Sequence record: PP526941.1
Length of the DNA: 64,000 nucleotides
Source: Escherichia phage vB_EcoM_ECO78
Direction: 5' to 3' (one strand)
Part shown: piece by piece, positions 8,416 through 17,847 of the stretch
How the letters are laid out: every line of letters starts with the position of its first letter
Position numbering within the stretch: position 1 is the first letter of the stretch
Position numbers and translations under genes: made by a program
Notes under the pieces: generated by a model
Databases searched by the model: none
The model's input: only the letters and a program-made list of their open reading frames with translations
What the model was told of the DNA's origin: nothing

Positions 8416-10229
8416 TGGTGTTTAACCCTATGCATGATTTCTTTATTTTTACCGAGATTAAATCCGCGTTCGTTCGGATTTCCCAAATAACCACATGTTC
8501 TTCTTATGGTATTCATCTTTTTAGGATCAGTTTCTCCACAAATAGAACAAACAAATCCGTTTTCAGTAGGAGTCATTTCATGGGTACTTCCACATGTAAA
8601 ACATTTATCTACTGGCATATTAACACCAAAATAATCTAAATGTTGTGCAGCATAATCCCATACAGCCTCAAGACCTTTTAAGTTATTTTTCATATCAGGA
8701 AGTTCAACATAAGAAATGTGACCACCTGTCGCAATGAAATGATATGGCGCTTCACGAGAAATCTTTTCAAACGGAGTAATATTTTCTTCTACTGAAACAT
8801 GGAAACTATTAGTGTACCAACCTTTATCGGTAACATCTTTTACACTTCCATATTTTTCTGTATCGAGTTTACAGAAGCGATAACAAAGGTTTTCAGCAGG
8901 AGTAGAATATAAACTAAAAGCAAATCCAGTTCTTTCAGTCCACTGTTTAAGATGAGCATTCATTTTAGTTAAAATTTCTTGCCCAATATCGCGACCGACA
9001 AGAATATTCAATTCGTGAATACCAATGTATCCCAAAGACACTGAACTTCTACCGTTTTTAAATAACTCAATTATGTCGTCATCAGGTTTAAGACGAACCC
9101 CGAATGCACCTTCTTGGTAAAGAATAGGAGCAACAGTTGCTTTAACTCCTTTTAAGGAACTAATTCTACACATCAAAGCTTCAAAACATAAATCCATTCG
9201 TTCATTGAACAATTCGGCAAATTTCTGTTCATTGAATTGTGTTCCAATATAAGAATCTAACGCAATGCGAGGAAGATTCAGTGTTACAACGCCAAGATTA
9301 TTACGTCCATCAAGAATTTCATTACCAGTCGAATCTTTCCATACGCTCAAGAAACTACGGCAACCCATTGGAGAAACAGGAATAGATGAACCAGTGATAG
9401 CTTTATTATTCTTAACTGAAATAATATCAGGATACATTCTTTTGCTTGCACACTCTAAAGCAAGCTGCTTAATATCATAGTTCGGGTCGTCTTTATAAAG
9501 ATTAACACCTTCTTCAACGAACATAACAAGCTTAGGGAAAATAGGAGTTATCCCATCACGACCAAGACCTTTAATACGATTTTTCAGAATTGCTTTCTGA
9601 ATCATTCGTTCAGTCCAGTCAGTTCCCGTACCAAATGTAATTGTTACAAAAGGCGTTTGTCCGTTTGAACTAAAGAGAGTATTTACTTCATATTCATAAG
9701 CTTGGAATGCATCGTATACGTCTTTTTCTGTTTTAGATTGAGCATAATTCAACGCATCAGCGATTTGCCATTTTTCTGCATCCTCAATATGTTTTGCATA
9801 GGTGCGTTTAACATAAGGAGAAAGTACTTTATCTACATTCGCAAAAGTCGTTCCGCCGTATTGGTGAGAAGCAACTTGCGCAGTAATTTGTGCCATAATT
9901 GCAGTAGCAACGCCAATTGATTTAGGAGTTTCAATCTGTGCATTACCGAGCTTAAATCCGTTCTCAAGCATTCCTTTTAAATCTACTAAACAACAATTAG
10001 TAAATGGAAGAGCAGGGGAATAATCAATATCGTGGAAATGGATAATTCCGCTTTCATGCGCTTTCATAATAAAAGACGGGACCATATTTTTGGCAATGTG
10101 TTTAGACACAATACCAGCCATAAGGTCCCGTTGAGTTGGAAAAACACGAGAATCTTTATTAGCATTCTCGTTTAAAAGGTCTTTATTAGTTTTATGAATC
10201 AATCCTTCAATTTCTTTTTCAATTGTCAT
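8412..10229 (-). CDS. nrdD: Anaerobic ribonucleoside-triphosphate reductase (glycyl radical enzyme), uninterrupted
   Basis: 605 aa; C-terminal glycyl-radical motif RTCGYLG and Cys-rich zinc site; single continuous ORF. Confidence 0.9.
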   Translation of the reverse strand: MTIEKEIEGLIHKTNKDLLNENANKDSRVFPTQRDLMAGIVSKHIAKNMVPSFIMKAHESGIIHFHDIDYSPALPFTNCCLVDLKGMLENGFKLGNAQIETPKSIGVATAIMAQITAQVASHQYGGTTFANVDKVLSPYVKRTYAKHIEDAEKWQIADALNYAQSKTEKDVYDAFQAYEYEVNTLFSSNGQTPFVTITFGTGTDWTERMIQKAILKNRIKGLGRDGITPIFPKLVMFVEEGVNLYKDDPNYDIKQLALECASKRMYPDIISVKNNKAITGSSIPVSPMGCRSFLSVWKDSTGNEILDGRNNLGVVTLNLPRIALDSYIGTQFNEQKFAELFNERMDLCFEALMCRISSLKGVKATVAPILYQEGAFGVRLKPDDDIIELFKNGRSSVSLGYIGIHELNILVGRDIGQEILTKMNAHLKQWTERTGFAFSLYSTPAENLCYRFCKLDTEKYGSVKDVTDKGWYTNSFHVSVEENITPFEKISREAPYHFIATGGHISYVELPDMKNNLKGLEAVWDYAAQHLDYFGVNMPVDKCFTCGSTHEMTPTENGFVCSICGETDPKKMNTIRRTCGYLGNPNERGFNLGKNKEIMHRVKHQ

Positions 10230-10699
10230 TTTAAACTCTTTCTAAGCTGCTTCTTAAATGAAGCTATTAATTGTGTTTTGGTGTCAGATTCATTATATTC
10301 AAATCCTCTTTGAAGCATCTCAGCCATCATTTCCTCTTTTCCTAAACGAGAAAATTCCTTTGATTTATCTCCAACAAAGTTAGGGTGAATATTATTTTGG
10401 GTGTAATCGGATTTTAAATAAGTAAGTAAATTTTCTAACCATTCAAGATAATCAACCCCTTGTCCCTTTAAGCCAGAACGATTAAATTTATGTTTCATTT
10501 GACCTTCTGCGGCATTGCAGAGATTACAAAGCAATCCACGCACCTTTCCTGCTTTTGGTCCATTTAATTCATGGTCATGGTCAAGGTGATTAGCTTGAAC
10601 ATCAGGATTTAGTTCTCGTTGGCAAATTAAGCATTTACCGTTTTGTGCATCATAAAATTTCTGTTTTTCTTCTTTATATAATTTGCCAGTCAATAACAT
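10226..10699 (-). CDS. 49: Endonuclease VII (Holliday junction resolvase)
   Basis: 157 aa; zinc-binding CLICQ...HLDHDH; matches T4 gp49 by recall. Confidence 0.9.
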   Translation of the reverse strand: MLLTGKLYKEEKQKFYDAQNGKCLICQRELNPDVQANHLDHDHELNGPKAGKVRGLLCNLCNAAEGQMKHKFNRSGLKGQGVDYLEWLENLLTYLKSDYTQNNIHPNFVGDKSKEFSRLGKEEMMAEMLQRGFEYNESDTKTQLIASFKKQLRKSLK

Positions 10700-10740
10700 A
10701 ATAAACCCTTACCTTAAATAGATAAGGGTATTTATTATTT

Positions 10741-11226
10741 TCAAGTATTGTAAAACATTTGATGCAATCGCTTATATTGCTGAATCATTCGGTCAGAAAA
10801 AGAAATTTGAGTTTCAAGCCATTCAATGTACTCTGCGGCAGCTTGCATTAAATTTCCTTCATAACCATCGTTATTTTCTTGTGCAGCTAATTTAGCTAAT
10901 GCGTATGAAATGCGTTCACCTTGAAAATCGGCTTTAGGCTTCTGAACAACTTGATTAGTTCTCTCTACAACTTCTTCAATTTCGCCATTTTCGACTGATT
11001 CAGTATTCCACAAACACCAATATGTAATTGGCTTATCGTAGATATTAATAATCTTTCCATCAGAAAGTTCAATTTCAATAATTCCAGTATCAGGCTCTAT
11101 ATCATCTTCACATTCTTTTGCAAGTTCACGAACTTTAAAGACAGCACCTGCACTAAGTTCCGGCCAGTAATTACACAGTCCTATATCAACACGATTAATT
11201 CTAAACCACTTATCTACTGTAATCAT
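10741..11226 (-). CDS. Hypothetical protein (161 aa); positional equivalent of T4 pin
   Basis: Track ORF starts at TTG; SD GGAGA 6 nt before ATG at 11226; early promoter upstream. Confidence 0.55.
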   Translation of the reverse strand: MITVDKWFRINRVDIGLCNYWPELSAGAVFKVRELAKECEDDIEPDTGIIEIELSDGKIINIYDKPITYWCLWNTESVENGEIEEVVERTNQVVQKPKADFQGERISYALAKLAAQENNDGYEGNLMQAAAEYIEWLETQISFSDRMIQQYKRLHQMFYNT

Positions 11227-11266
11227 GTCCCATCTCCATATCAATTAAGTCATTTATCGTTGGTTC

Positions 11267-11296
11267 ATTATATACTGTTTCTTCATCAGTGTAAAC
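11267..11296 (-). promoter_or_regulatory. Early promoter
   Basis: Minus strand GTTTAC - 18 nt - TATAAT. Confidence 0.55.
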
Positions 11297-11348
11297 CGGT
11301 TCTTCCGGCTCTGGCTCTACAGTTTCCCATCTAGCCGCCCACCAGGGT

Positions 11349-11543
11349 TTAACACCGAAGCTTATTAAGTTCTTCATAATCAATCCAGGATTCTAATCCT
11401 GATGGCAAATCAGATTCAATTTCCCAAAGAAGCTCTTCAATTTTCTGAAGACGATCTAGTTCTTCAGCTGGAATAGTAACCATTGATGGAGTTCTTGATA
11501 CACTAATATCGTAAATCATATTTACCCCAGTTTGACCATGCAA
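11349..11543 (-). CDS. Hypothetical acidic protein (64 aa)
   Basis: ORF between nrdC and pin-like gene. Confidence 0.45.
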   Translation of the reverse strand: MHGQTGVNMIYDISVSRTPSMVTIPAEELDRLQKIEELLWEIESDLPSGLESWIDYEELNKLRC

Positions 11544-11737
11544 TCACCGTATTTCCACTTAGAAATAGACTTTTCACCATTAGAATAATAAACTTCGAGT
11601 TTAGCACGATTATTTTTAATTTGAATAACCTTGGCTGTCATCAAAGTTCCATACCCGTAGTAAACTGCAACTTCATCACCTACATATACCGCGCTTCCGC
11701 GGTAATCATGGATATAATCAGTTCCTTCGAGAATCAT
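11522..11737 (-). CDS. Hypothetical protein (71 aa)
   Basis: ORF; start overlaps nrdC stop. Confidence 0.5.
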   Translation of the reverse strand: MILEGTDYIHDYRGSAVYVGDEVAVYYGYGTLMTAKVIQIKNNRAKLEVYYSNGEKSISKWKYGDCMVKLG

Positions 11738-11997
11738 TTAAAGTATTCCCGCAATTGGTCAAATCCACCAATATGACTTCCATCAGGAGCAAATATTTGT
11801 GGCATTGTCAAGCCGATTTGAGTATCACGACCTAGTTTCGTCAGAAGCTCAGCTATTTTCTCATCATCAAAAACACCTTTTTCCGGCATAATGTTGATAA
11901 ATTCAAATGGCTGTTTCTTCACGGTCAAAAGACGTTTTGCATTATCGCAATACACGCATTTATGGATGTTGCTATCATAACCATATACTTTAAACAT
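11734..11997 (-). CDS. nrdC: Thioredoxin (glutaredoxin-like) NrdC
   Basis: 87 aa; CVYC active site; same length as T4 NrdC. Confidence 0.85.
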   Translation of the reverse strand: MFKVYGYDSNIHKCVYCDNAKRLLTVKKQPFEFINIMPEKGVFDDEKIAELLTKLGRDTQIGLTMPQIFAPDGSHIGGFDQLREYFK

Positions 11998-11998
11998 A

Positions 11999-12241
11999 TT
12001 ATTCCTTAATTCCTAGTACTTGTTTAAAAGTCTCGTCGTAATCAAGACTTTGGCCCGTTTGTTCTTTATGTTTGTATATAATATCACTTACTTCTGATAG
12101 CATATTTTTATATGAACGAGTTAAAGCAGATTTAAGCACACTGTATCTATCAGGAAATTTACCATGTTCATTATAATAAGCTATTGCTAATTCACGGACT
12201 GCCTTTTCAGCAGTCTCCATATATTCTTTACGCTTGGTCAT
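11999..12241 (-). CDS. Hypothetical protein (about 80 aa)
   Basis: Internal ATG ([13 protein letters not shown]...) chosen because longer ORF overlaps the upstream gene in another frame. Confidence 0.45.
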
Positions 12242-12542
12242 TTTCTTCTCGGTCAAATCGGTGTTTACAATGACGACATTTATAACGAAGATTACTAGTC
12301 TGCCAATGAACCAATTGGACCTGTTCAGTTCCACATTCAGGGCAATTAGGAACGTTTTTAGAAGCACGTTCGCGGCGTTCAACCATGACCATTACAGAAT
12401 CCCAATTAACAGGAGGGCTATAATCATCACAACCATGAATCTTTCCACGCATTTCCAGATCGTCTTCTTCACCAGCCATAATAATTTTAATTAGACTAGA
12501 ATTACTTGAAGCTGCAATGTCTTCTAATAGACGCTTTTTCAT
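12228..12542 (-). CDS. Zinc-ribbon protein (104 aa)
   Basis: Cys pairs CPECG ... CRHCKH; ATGA overlap with upstream gene stop. Confidence 0.6.
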
Positions 12543-13468
12543 TTCAATACCTCAATAGCATTACGTAAACCATTTGCTTTTGCATTAAGAGCTTTTAACA
12601 ATTTGGTGTGTTCTGCAATTTGGGCTTCAACTTCAATCAAACGAGCATTGAGATATTCGCGTTCTTCGCTCAGGTTATCAACCTTTTCTACTTTAGGTTC
12701 TTTTACAACTGGCTTATACGTATTAGGGTTCTTCAGTTTAATTAGAATGCGTGAGCTGTATAACATTGAACCATTATCTTCGGTTTCATCATACATTTCC
12801 ACTACATCCATGATTTTTAACATCATGCGGAGTTTATAAGACAACGAACGAATAGTTTTGTTGTGCTTATTAATTTCTCTAGCTGTCATGGTGCCGAGAT
12901 TACGTGAGTAATAATAAGGAACCTGGATATTAATTAATACTGATGAACCACCTGGCTTGTGTGTTACTTCATCAGCAATAACCCAGTCCTTAACGTGAAC
13001 TGTATTTGTACGGTCATCGCCCGCGGTAAATAGTTTGCGAGCATGCTTAAAAAGCATATTCACTTGGTCATTGAATTGACAAGCAAATTTATCAGCAAAT
13101 TTAGTTTCAGGAATGGTAGATAACCAATCAGCCAAATGGGTCTTTTTAACATCGTTAACAATAGTAAATTCAACCAAATCGGTTATAGATGTCGCAGATT
13201 TAATGAAGCTCGGCTTCATAAAGTTTTCAATGTTATCACGAGCTACAGTAGAAGATAACATACGAGAACGTTTAAACCATTCAAGCAAATTGCCTAACGA
13301 ATGAGAATAAGCGTTCTGTGTATCTTTACAGATATGATTTTCCTGGCCAACATATTGAAGGAAATCACGAAGAATATTATTGATTACTGCTCTGTGTCCT
13401 ATCTGATAATTACGATGTTTAGTAATAAGACTGTCAAAATAATCAATATAATGTTTACGAGTTTTCAT
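12539..13468 (-). CDS. Paralog family member A (309 aa), C-terminal coiled coil
   Basis: N-terminus MKTRKHY; block FKRSRMLSSTVARDNIENF shared with neighbours; heptad-rich C-terminal 50 aa. Confidence 0.7.
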   Translation of the reverse strand: MKTRKHYIDYFDSLITKHRNYQIGHRAVINNILRDFLQYVGQENHICKDTQNAYSHSLGNLLEWFKRSRMLSSTVARDNIENFMKPSFIKSATSITDLVEFTIVNDVKKTHLADWLSTIPETKFADKFACQFNDQVNMLFKHARKLFTAGDDRTNTVHVKDWVIADEVTHKPGGSSVLINIQVPYYYSRNLGTMTAREINKHNKTIRSLSYKLRMMLKIMDVVEMYDETEDNGSMLYSSRILIKLKNPNTYKPVVKEPKVEKVDNLSEEREYLNARLIEVEAQIAEHTKLLKALNAKANGLRNAIEVLK

Positions 13469-13520
13469 GTTCTTCTCACTTGGTTAATGATTTATACTCC
13501 GAGCCATCCTTGGCTTTAAA

Positions 13521-14522
13521 TTACTTAATTAACTGTAAAGCTTGTTCCAAACGATCCAGACGATTAACAGATTCTTCCCAAATCCTTTTAGCCTGCTCAT
13601 ATTCTTTCTGCGCTTTATTAGAAATTTCTAGAACTTCTTTATAAGCTTTTTCTAATGCAATAACTTCTGGACGAATTTCTACCGATTCAGGCGAATCATC
13701 AAGATTATCCATTAGTTCCTCAAGGGTAGTTTCTTCTTTAGGAGTATTCACAATTTCATCACATTTTTGTTGGTAAATTTCTTTATCAGTTAGTGAATAA
13801 GCACACTTTACTTCACGAAGACTAACTACAATTTTATATCCTTCCCAACCGCATATATTCTTAAAAGGATAAGTATGAATATTTTCTACTGTTTCCATAC
13901 AAAGTAATGCGGTCTCTAATTGACGAGTTATAGTGCTAGCAATTGAGAAAAATTTATTAATATTCTTTTGGTTAGTTTCTGGTGTAAAAAATCCATAATT
14001 CACAAAAATAGATACTTTATTTTTATCAAGTTCATATTCTTTTATGATAATCATATCAGAAGCCAAAGGATGAATTTGACGATAATCGCCATAACATAAT
14101 TTAGAAGCTGATTTTAGAATTTGTCCTCTGAAAAGTCTGAAATTACTAATCCAACGACGAGTAAAAATATTCTCAGGGTCTTCTTTGACATTAAGATGAT
14201 AAGAATTAACATCACCGAACCAATTATATCCTACTACATCTTTGGTTCGTTTAATTTCTTTCCCAAAATTACCAAGAATATCCCGATTAACCAAATATGA
14301 AAGAAGACGAGACTCTTTAAAGGTTTTCTTGATAACATCTTTATCTACACGGCTAGAAATTTTACGAATTTCATGAATAAATTTAGCAGAAGAAACAATA
14401 CCTGCATCAACACTATTGAGCCACTGATTGATAATAGAAAGAACGCTATTTTGGCCAAACATCGGTATAGCTTTATCATCAATAACGCTATTGAATGATT
14501 TGATATATTCGTTGCGAGTCAT
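13521..14522 (-). CDS. Paralog family member B (333 aa), C-terminal coiled coil
   Basis: SD GAGGAG before ATG (MTRNEYIKSF...); block FKESRLLSYLVNRDILGNF; C-terminal coiled coil. Confidence 0.7.
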   Translation of the reverse strand: MTRNEYIKSFNSVIDDKAIPMFGQNSVLSIINQWLNSVDAGIVSSAKFIHEIRKISSRVDKDVIKKTFKESRLLSYLVNRDILGNFGKEIKRTKDVVGYNWFGDVNSYHLNVKEDPENIFTRRWISNFRLFRGQILKSASKLCYGDYRQIHPLASDMIIIKEYELDKNKVSIFVNYGFFTPETNQKNINKFFSIASTITRQLETALLCMETVENIHTYPFKNICGWEGYKIVVSLREVKCAYSLTDKEIYQQKCDEIVNTPKEETTLEELMDNLDDSPESVEIRPEVIALEKAYKEVLEISNKAQKEYEQAKRIWEESVNRLDRLEQALQLIK

Positions 14523-14550
14523 AATAATCTCCTCAGTAGAAAGTAAGAAC

Positions 14551-14580
14551 ATTATACCACATCCTTGTGGCAAAGTAAAC
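14551..14580 (-). promoter_or_regulatory. Early promoter upstream of paralog B
   Basis: Minus strand GTTTAC - 18 nt - TGGTATAAT (extended -10). Confidence 0.65.
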
Positions 14581-15584
14581 TAATTCAGTGCATTTAATGC
14601 ATTGTTCAGTTTAGAACGTTGCTTTGTCAGATTTTGAACCCTTGACTGAGCTTGTTCTAACACCTTTTCAGCTTCTAGCATTTCATTGGTTGCTTTAACT
14701 AATTCATCATCTACTGCCTTGATAGACTTCTCAATCGCGTCAGCGTGCCATTTTTCTACAGGTTTAAAATTTGAATTTTCAGTAGGAAGAAAACTCACTT
14801 TATTAAGTTTACATGCATCTATGTTACTTGAACTATACATCCAAAATTTAGAATCGTTTGATGAGTAGTTATCTTGCACTTCATGCTTTTTCTCTTGCGG
14901 GACTTCGTCCTTTCTCAAAAAATCGTATTTAAATGAAACGATCATATCAAGTTCATATGTTGTTGTGTCTAATTTAAATCGCTCAAAACGAGGTAAAATC
15001 TTAGACTGAACAGCGGCAACAACATCCATATACTTAAATGCTTCTGTCAACTGCGATTTAAGGCATTCACAAATTGAAAGAGAATTTTTTGTATTAGGTT
15101 TAAAGCTAATTCGTGCAGTTCTGTTATTTTCTTTTAATGGTCTTACTTCCATCTGAAGAGTATAACCATCAAATTTCAGGTTCTTTAAGTTAATGTCAGA
15201 GCCTTTTAATCGACTAGCCGTCGACAAAATTTGCTTTAATTGTTTACGGAATAGAGCAATAAATCTCCATTCAATACGATAATGATTTGGATTAAAAAAT
15301 CCAGATGATAAATCAACCTTACTCTGACCAACGCCTTGAACAAATAGAGGATTTTTATAATCAATAGTTTTACAGAAATCGGTGAGCTGCTCACGAGCCG
15401 TCATTTGTGTAATATACCCCGCTTTACTAAAATGACGTAACCATTCACTGCTATTCATATATTTAAAGTGAATATCACGATTAACTTTATCAGGGTCTAA
15501 ATTATTTTGGCACAAAAATGTCATAACATCACGAGTATAGCTGGCATTACGAACCATATCTTCAATTTGAGAACGAGTTTTCAT
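14580..15584 (-). CDS. Paralog family member C (334 aa), C-terminal coiled coil
   Basis: N-terminus MKTRSQIEDM; block FSKAGYITQMTAREQLTDF; SD AAGGAA; C-terminal coiled coil. Confidence 0.7.
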   Translation of the reverse strand: MKTRSQIEDMVRNASYTRDVMTFLCQNNLDPDKVNRDIHFKYMNSSEWLRHFSKAGYITQMTAREQLTDFCKTIDYKNPLFVQGVGQSKVDLSSGFFNPNHYRIEWRFIALFRKQLKQILSTASRLKGSDINLKNLKFDGYTLQMEVRPLKENNRTARISFKPNTKNSLSICECLKSQLTEAFKYMDVVAAVQSKILPRFERFKLDTTTYELDMIVSFKYDFLRKDEVPQEKKHEVQDNYSSNDSKFWMYSSSNIDACKLNKVSFLPTENSNFKPVEKWHADAIEKSIKAVDDELVKATNEMLEAEKVLEQAQSRVQNLTKQRSKLNNALNALN

Positions 15585-15592
15585 GGTGTTCC

Positions 15593-16483
15593 TTAAGATT
15601 TAAGTAAATCGACAATTTTAATTAACTTTTCACGCTCAGATTTAGCTTTACTACTCAGTCCAGATAGTCTGAAAATTTCATCATCATATTGTTGAATAGA
15701 AATATTCAGCTCTTCAATTTGCTTATTAAAATAATCAATTTGTTCAGAATGTTTTTCGTTACTACGAACTGGTACAGGTTTTGTAGGCAATTTAGTTGAA
15801 CTGGATTCATCCGGGCGATAAATTAAAATGCAATTTGAACCAATCGGGCATTTAGCACCAGATGAATATTCTAATGTTCCGGCTTCTTTTAAAACTTCAA
15901 AAGCTAAACAGAGATGATGCCCCATATTAACATAATCTGTAGAGCGAGCTCTGATATAATAATCATCGCCCCTAATACTAAATTTAAAGCATTTAAGGTC
16001 TTCTGTATTATTAGTTTTAAAAATCATTTGTTTATCTAGACCTTTAGCCAATCGAGCACCTAATGCTAATAATCGTCGTTGATTTTCCCACAAATCCGTA
16101 ATCATTTGGTCGAATGATAATTTTGGCATTAGTCGACCATAAAGGTCATATCCTTTATTATAATTACGAAGGATTTCACTCGCGTTAATGCGAGACAATG
16201 CTCCAATTTTATTAAGGGCTTTCATAATGCGATTAGATAAACTCATTCCAGATCCGTTTGTTCGCTGCAAATGTTTTTCTAATCCAAATCCAATATCAAC
16301 TTTAAACTTATCTAAAATTTCTGCATGAACATCTCTGTCGATAACATTCAAATCCAAAGTTGAGTTAAATCTATGAAAAAATTTATCTGGCTCTCCACGA
16401 CGAAGTACAGTCCATTCATTCATCATTTTTTTATTAACTAAAGATTTAATTACTGCATTGACATTATTAATTGCTACTGACAT
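15593..16483 (-). CDS. Paralog family member D (about 296 aa), C-terminal coiled coil
   Basis: Track ORF begins at TTG; SD GAGGAAAAT before ATG (MSVAINNV...); more divergent but same size and coiled-coil tail. Confidence 0.65.
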   Translation of the reverse strand: MSVAINNVNAVIKSLVNKKMMNEWTVLRRGEPDKFFHRFNSTLDLNVIDRDVHAEILDKFKVDIGFGLEKHLQRTNGSGMSLSNRIMKALNKIGALSRINASEILRNYNKGYDLYGRLMPKLSFDQMITDLWENQRRLLALGARLAKGLDKQMIFKTNNTEDLKCFKFSIRGDDYYIRARSTDYVNMGHHLCLAFEVLKEAGTLEYSSGAKCPIGSNCILIYRPDESSSTKLPTKPVPVRSNEKHSEQIDYFNKQIEELNISIQQYDDEIFRLSGLSSKAKSEREKLIKIVDLLKS

Positions 16484-16490
16484 ATTTTCC

Positions 16491-16898
16491 TCACTCAATT
16501 TCAATTTTACTAAATATACAGAATAAGATGGAACAGACTATATAAGCACCACACACAGATTGAACTAATACCATTCCAAAGAACCAAACAATATTATCAA
16601 ACAATGTCTGTTTTACGTCGAAAGGACGTAAACTTACAGTAATATTATCACCTTTTTCTATTGATGAATACATCTCTGGGGAAATATATTCACTAAATCT
16701 ATAACCGTCTTTTAGTTCATATACGGCAATAAACGATAAACTAGACCCTTTTCCTTGTGTTCCTGTAATGGTATTAACTACAGTAACATCATAATCTTTA
16801 TAATGCATATAATCATTAATTGCGTAATAACCATATGCAACTACTACACATAAACAACATATCAATAAATTCAATCTTTTAATTATCAACTGTTTCAT
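16491..16898 (-). CDS. Membrane protein (135 aa), N- and C-terminal TM segments
   Basis: Hydrophobic N-terminus LLICCLCVVVAYGYYAI and C-terminus WFFGMVLVQSVCGAYIVCSILFCIF. Confidence 0.6.
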   Translation of the reverse strand: MKQLIIKRLNLLICCLCVVVAYGYYAINDYMHYKDYDVTVVNTITGTQGKGSSLSFIAVYELKDGYRFSEYISPEMYSSIEKGDNITVSLRPFDVKQTLFDNIVWFFGMVLVQSVCGAYIVCSILFCIFSKIEIE

Positions 16899-16934
16899 AA
16901 TAATCTCAATTAAAAGGGCTTAGAACCATTATAC

Positions 16935-16965
16935 CATCCTTGGTATAAAGCGGTTATGCGAGTAC
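16935..16965 (-). promoter_or_regulatory. Possible middle-type promoter (MotA-box-like)
   Basis: Minus strand CGCTTTA (one mismatch to TGCTTtA) - 12 nt - TGGTATAAT. Confidence 0.35.
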
Positions 16966-17481
16966 CGTCTTTAACCGTTCTTCAAACTTCCGAAGAGTAT
17001 TTTGGCGTTCAGCTCTTTGCTTTTTGTAAGTTTCAATACGCTCTGAAATGAGAGTGTATCGTTCATTTACTGATTCTTTCATAAAATCAGGAATTTCACG
17101 AGAAGCTTTAATCTCGTCAAATTTATCAATAACAGCTTGCTCTTCAGCAATTAAGTTATCATACATTAAAATATCTTTCTTGATGAACTCAATATCTTCT
17201 TGAGTTACACGAGATAATTTAGATGCTTTATCCTTTTTGTACTGTTCATTAGTATCACGAGACCAGTGTAATGTACGATTTTTATTCGTATTCTTGTAAA
17301 TTTCTACAATACCAATCTCATCAATAATAACGATCCAATTCCAACGGGATTTGTAAATTTGTCCTCCATCAACTGTGATTTCACCTCCGATTGAGATGTC
17401 ATTAAAGAACTTGCTTTGTGCTTCTGATTTAAATTTACCATCGTTGTAATTTACCAGGTTGAAAATATCTTTAGCGTTCAT
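16954..17481 (-). CDS. Hypothetical protein (175 aa), C-terminal coiled coil
   Basis: ORF with SD GGAGG; charged helical C-terminus. Confidence 0.6.
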   Translation of the reverse strand: MNAKDIFNLVNYNDGKFKSEAQSKFFNDISIGGEITVDGGQIYKSRWNWIVIIDEIGIVEIYKNTNKNRTLHWSRDTNEQYKKDKASKLSRVTQEDIEFIKKDILMYDNLIAEEQAVIDKFDEIKASREIPDFMKESVNERYTLISERIETYKKQRAERQNTLRKFEERLKTVLA

Positions 17482-17509
17482 TTTGTGTTCCTCCGTAGTT
17501 GATAGTTGT

Positions 17510-17539
17510 ATAGTACCACAGAGGAACAGTCTTGTAAAC
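17510..17539 (-). promoter_or_regulatory. Early promoter with conserved initial-transcribed block
   Basis: Minus strand GTTTAC - 18 nt - TACTAT followed by ACAACTATCAAC and SD GGAGG. Confidence 0.65.
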
Positions 17540-17541
17540 CA

Positions 17542-17847
17542 CTAAAAGAAACTTCTTTCACAATTTTTTCCACTGAACCATGCACTTACCGCTTTCTTGG
17601 TCTCAGGGGCAGTGTTATCCATAAACCATTCAAAGGCAGCCTTTTTATGATTCTGGAGGGCTTCTCGGGCTTTAATCTGCTCACGGTCTATTAACACTAA
17701 CATATGAGCCTTTCTTGTCACCATGGGCTTCTTATGATTTTTTGAATACTCCCAGTCATTTGTCCATCGCATTGTCGTTGCGAACTGAAATACTGCTTCT
17801 TTAATTTTAGTTTCGTAAATTTCACGAGCCTTTGAGTATAACATCAT
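17542..17847 (-). CDS. Hypothetical protein (about 101 aa)
   Basis: SD GGAGG before internal ATG; track ORF 17542-17856. Confidence 0.5.
   Translation of the reverse strand: MMLYSKAREIYETKIKEAVFQFATTMRWTNDWEYSKNHKKPMVTRKAHMLVLIDREQIKAREALQNHKKAAFEWFMDNTAPETKKAVSAWFSGKNCERSFF

Noticed and set aside
8412-10229. Group I intron or intein inside nrdD
   Set aside because: The frame is continuous for 605 codons with no stop-rich insertion, so no intron is present here.
11223-11388. 55-aa minus-strand ORF between the pin-like gene and ORF 11349-11543
   Set aside because: It contains the GTTTAC - 18 - TATAAT early promoter within its frame and overlaps the upstream gene by about 40 nt; more likely promoter sequence than coding.
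16935-16965. Strong early promoter upstream of the 135-aa membrane gene
   Set aside because: A -10 TGGTATAAT is present but no GTTTAC at -35; kept only as a low-confidence MotA-box-like middle promoter.
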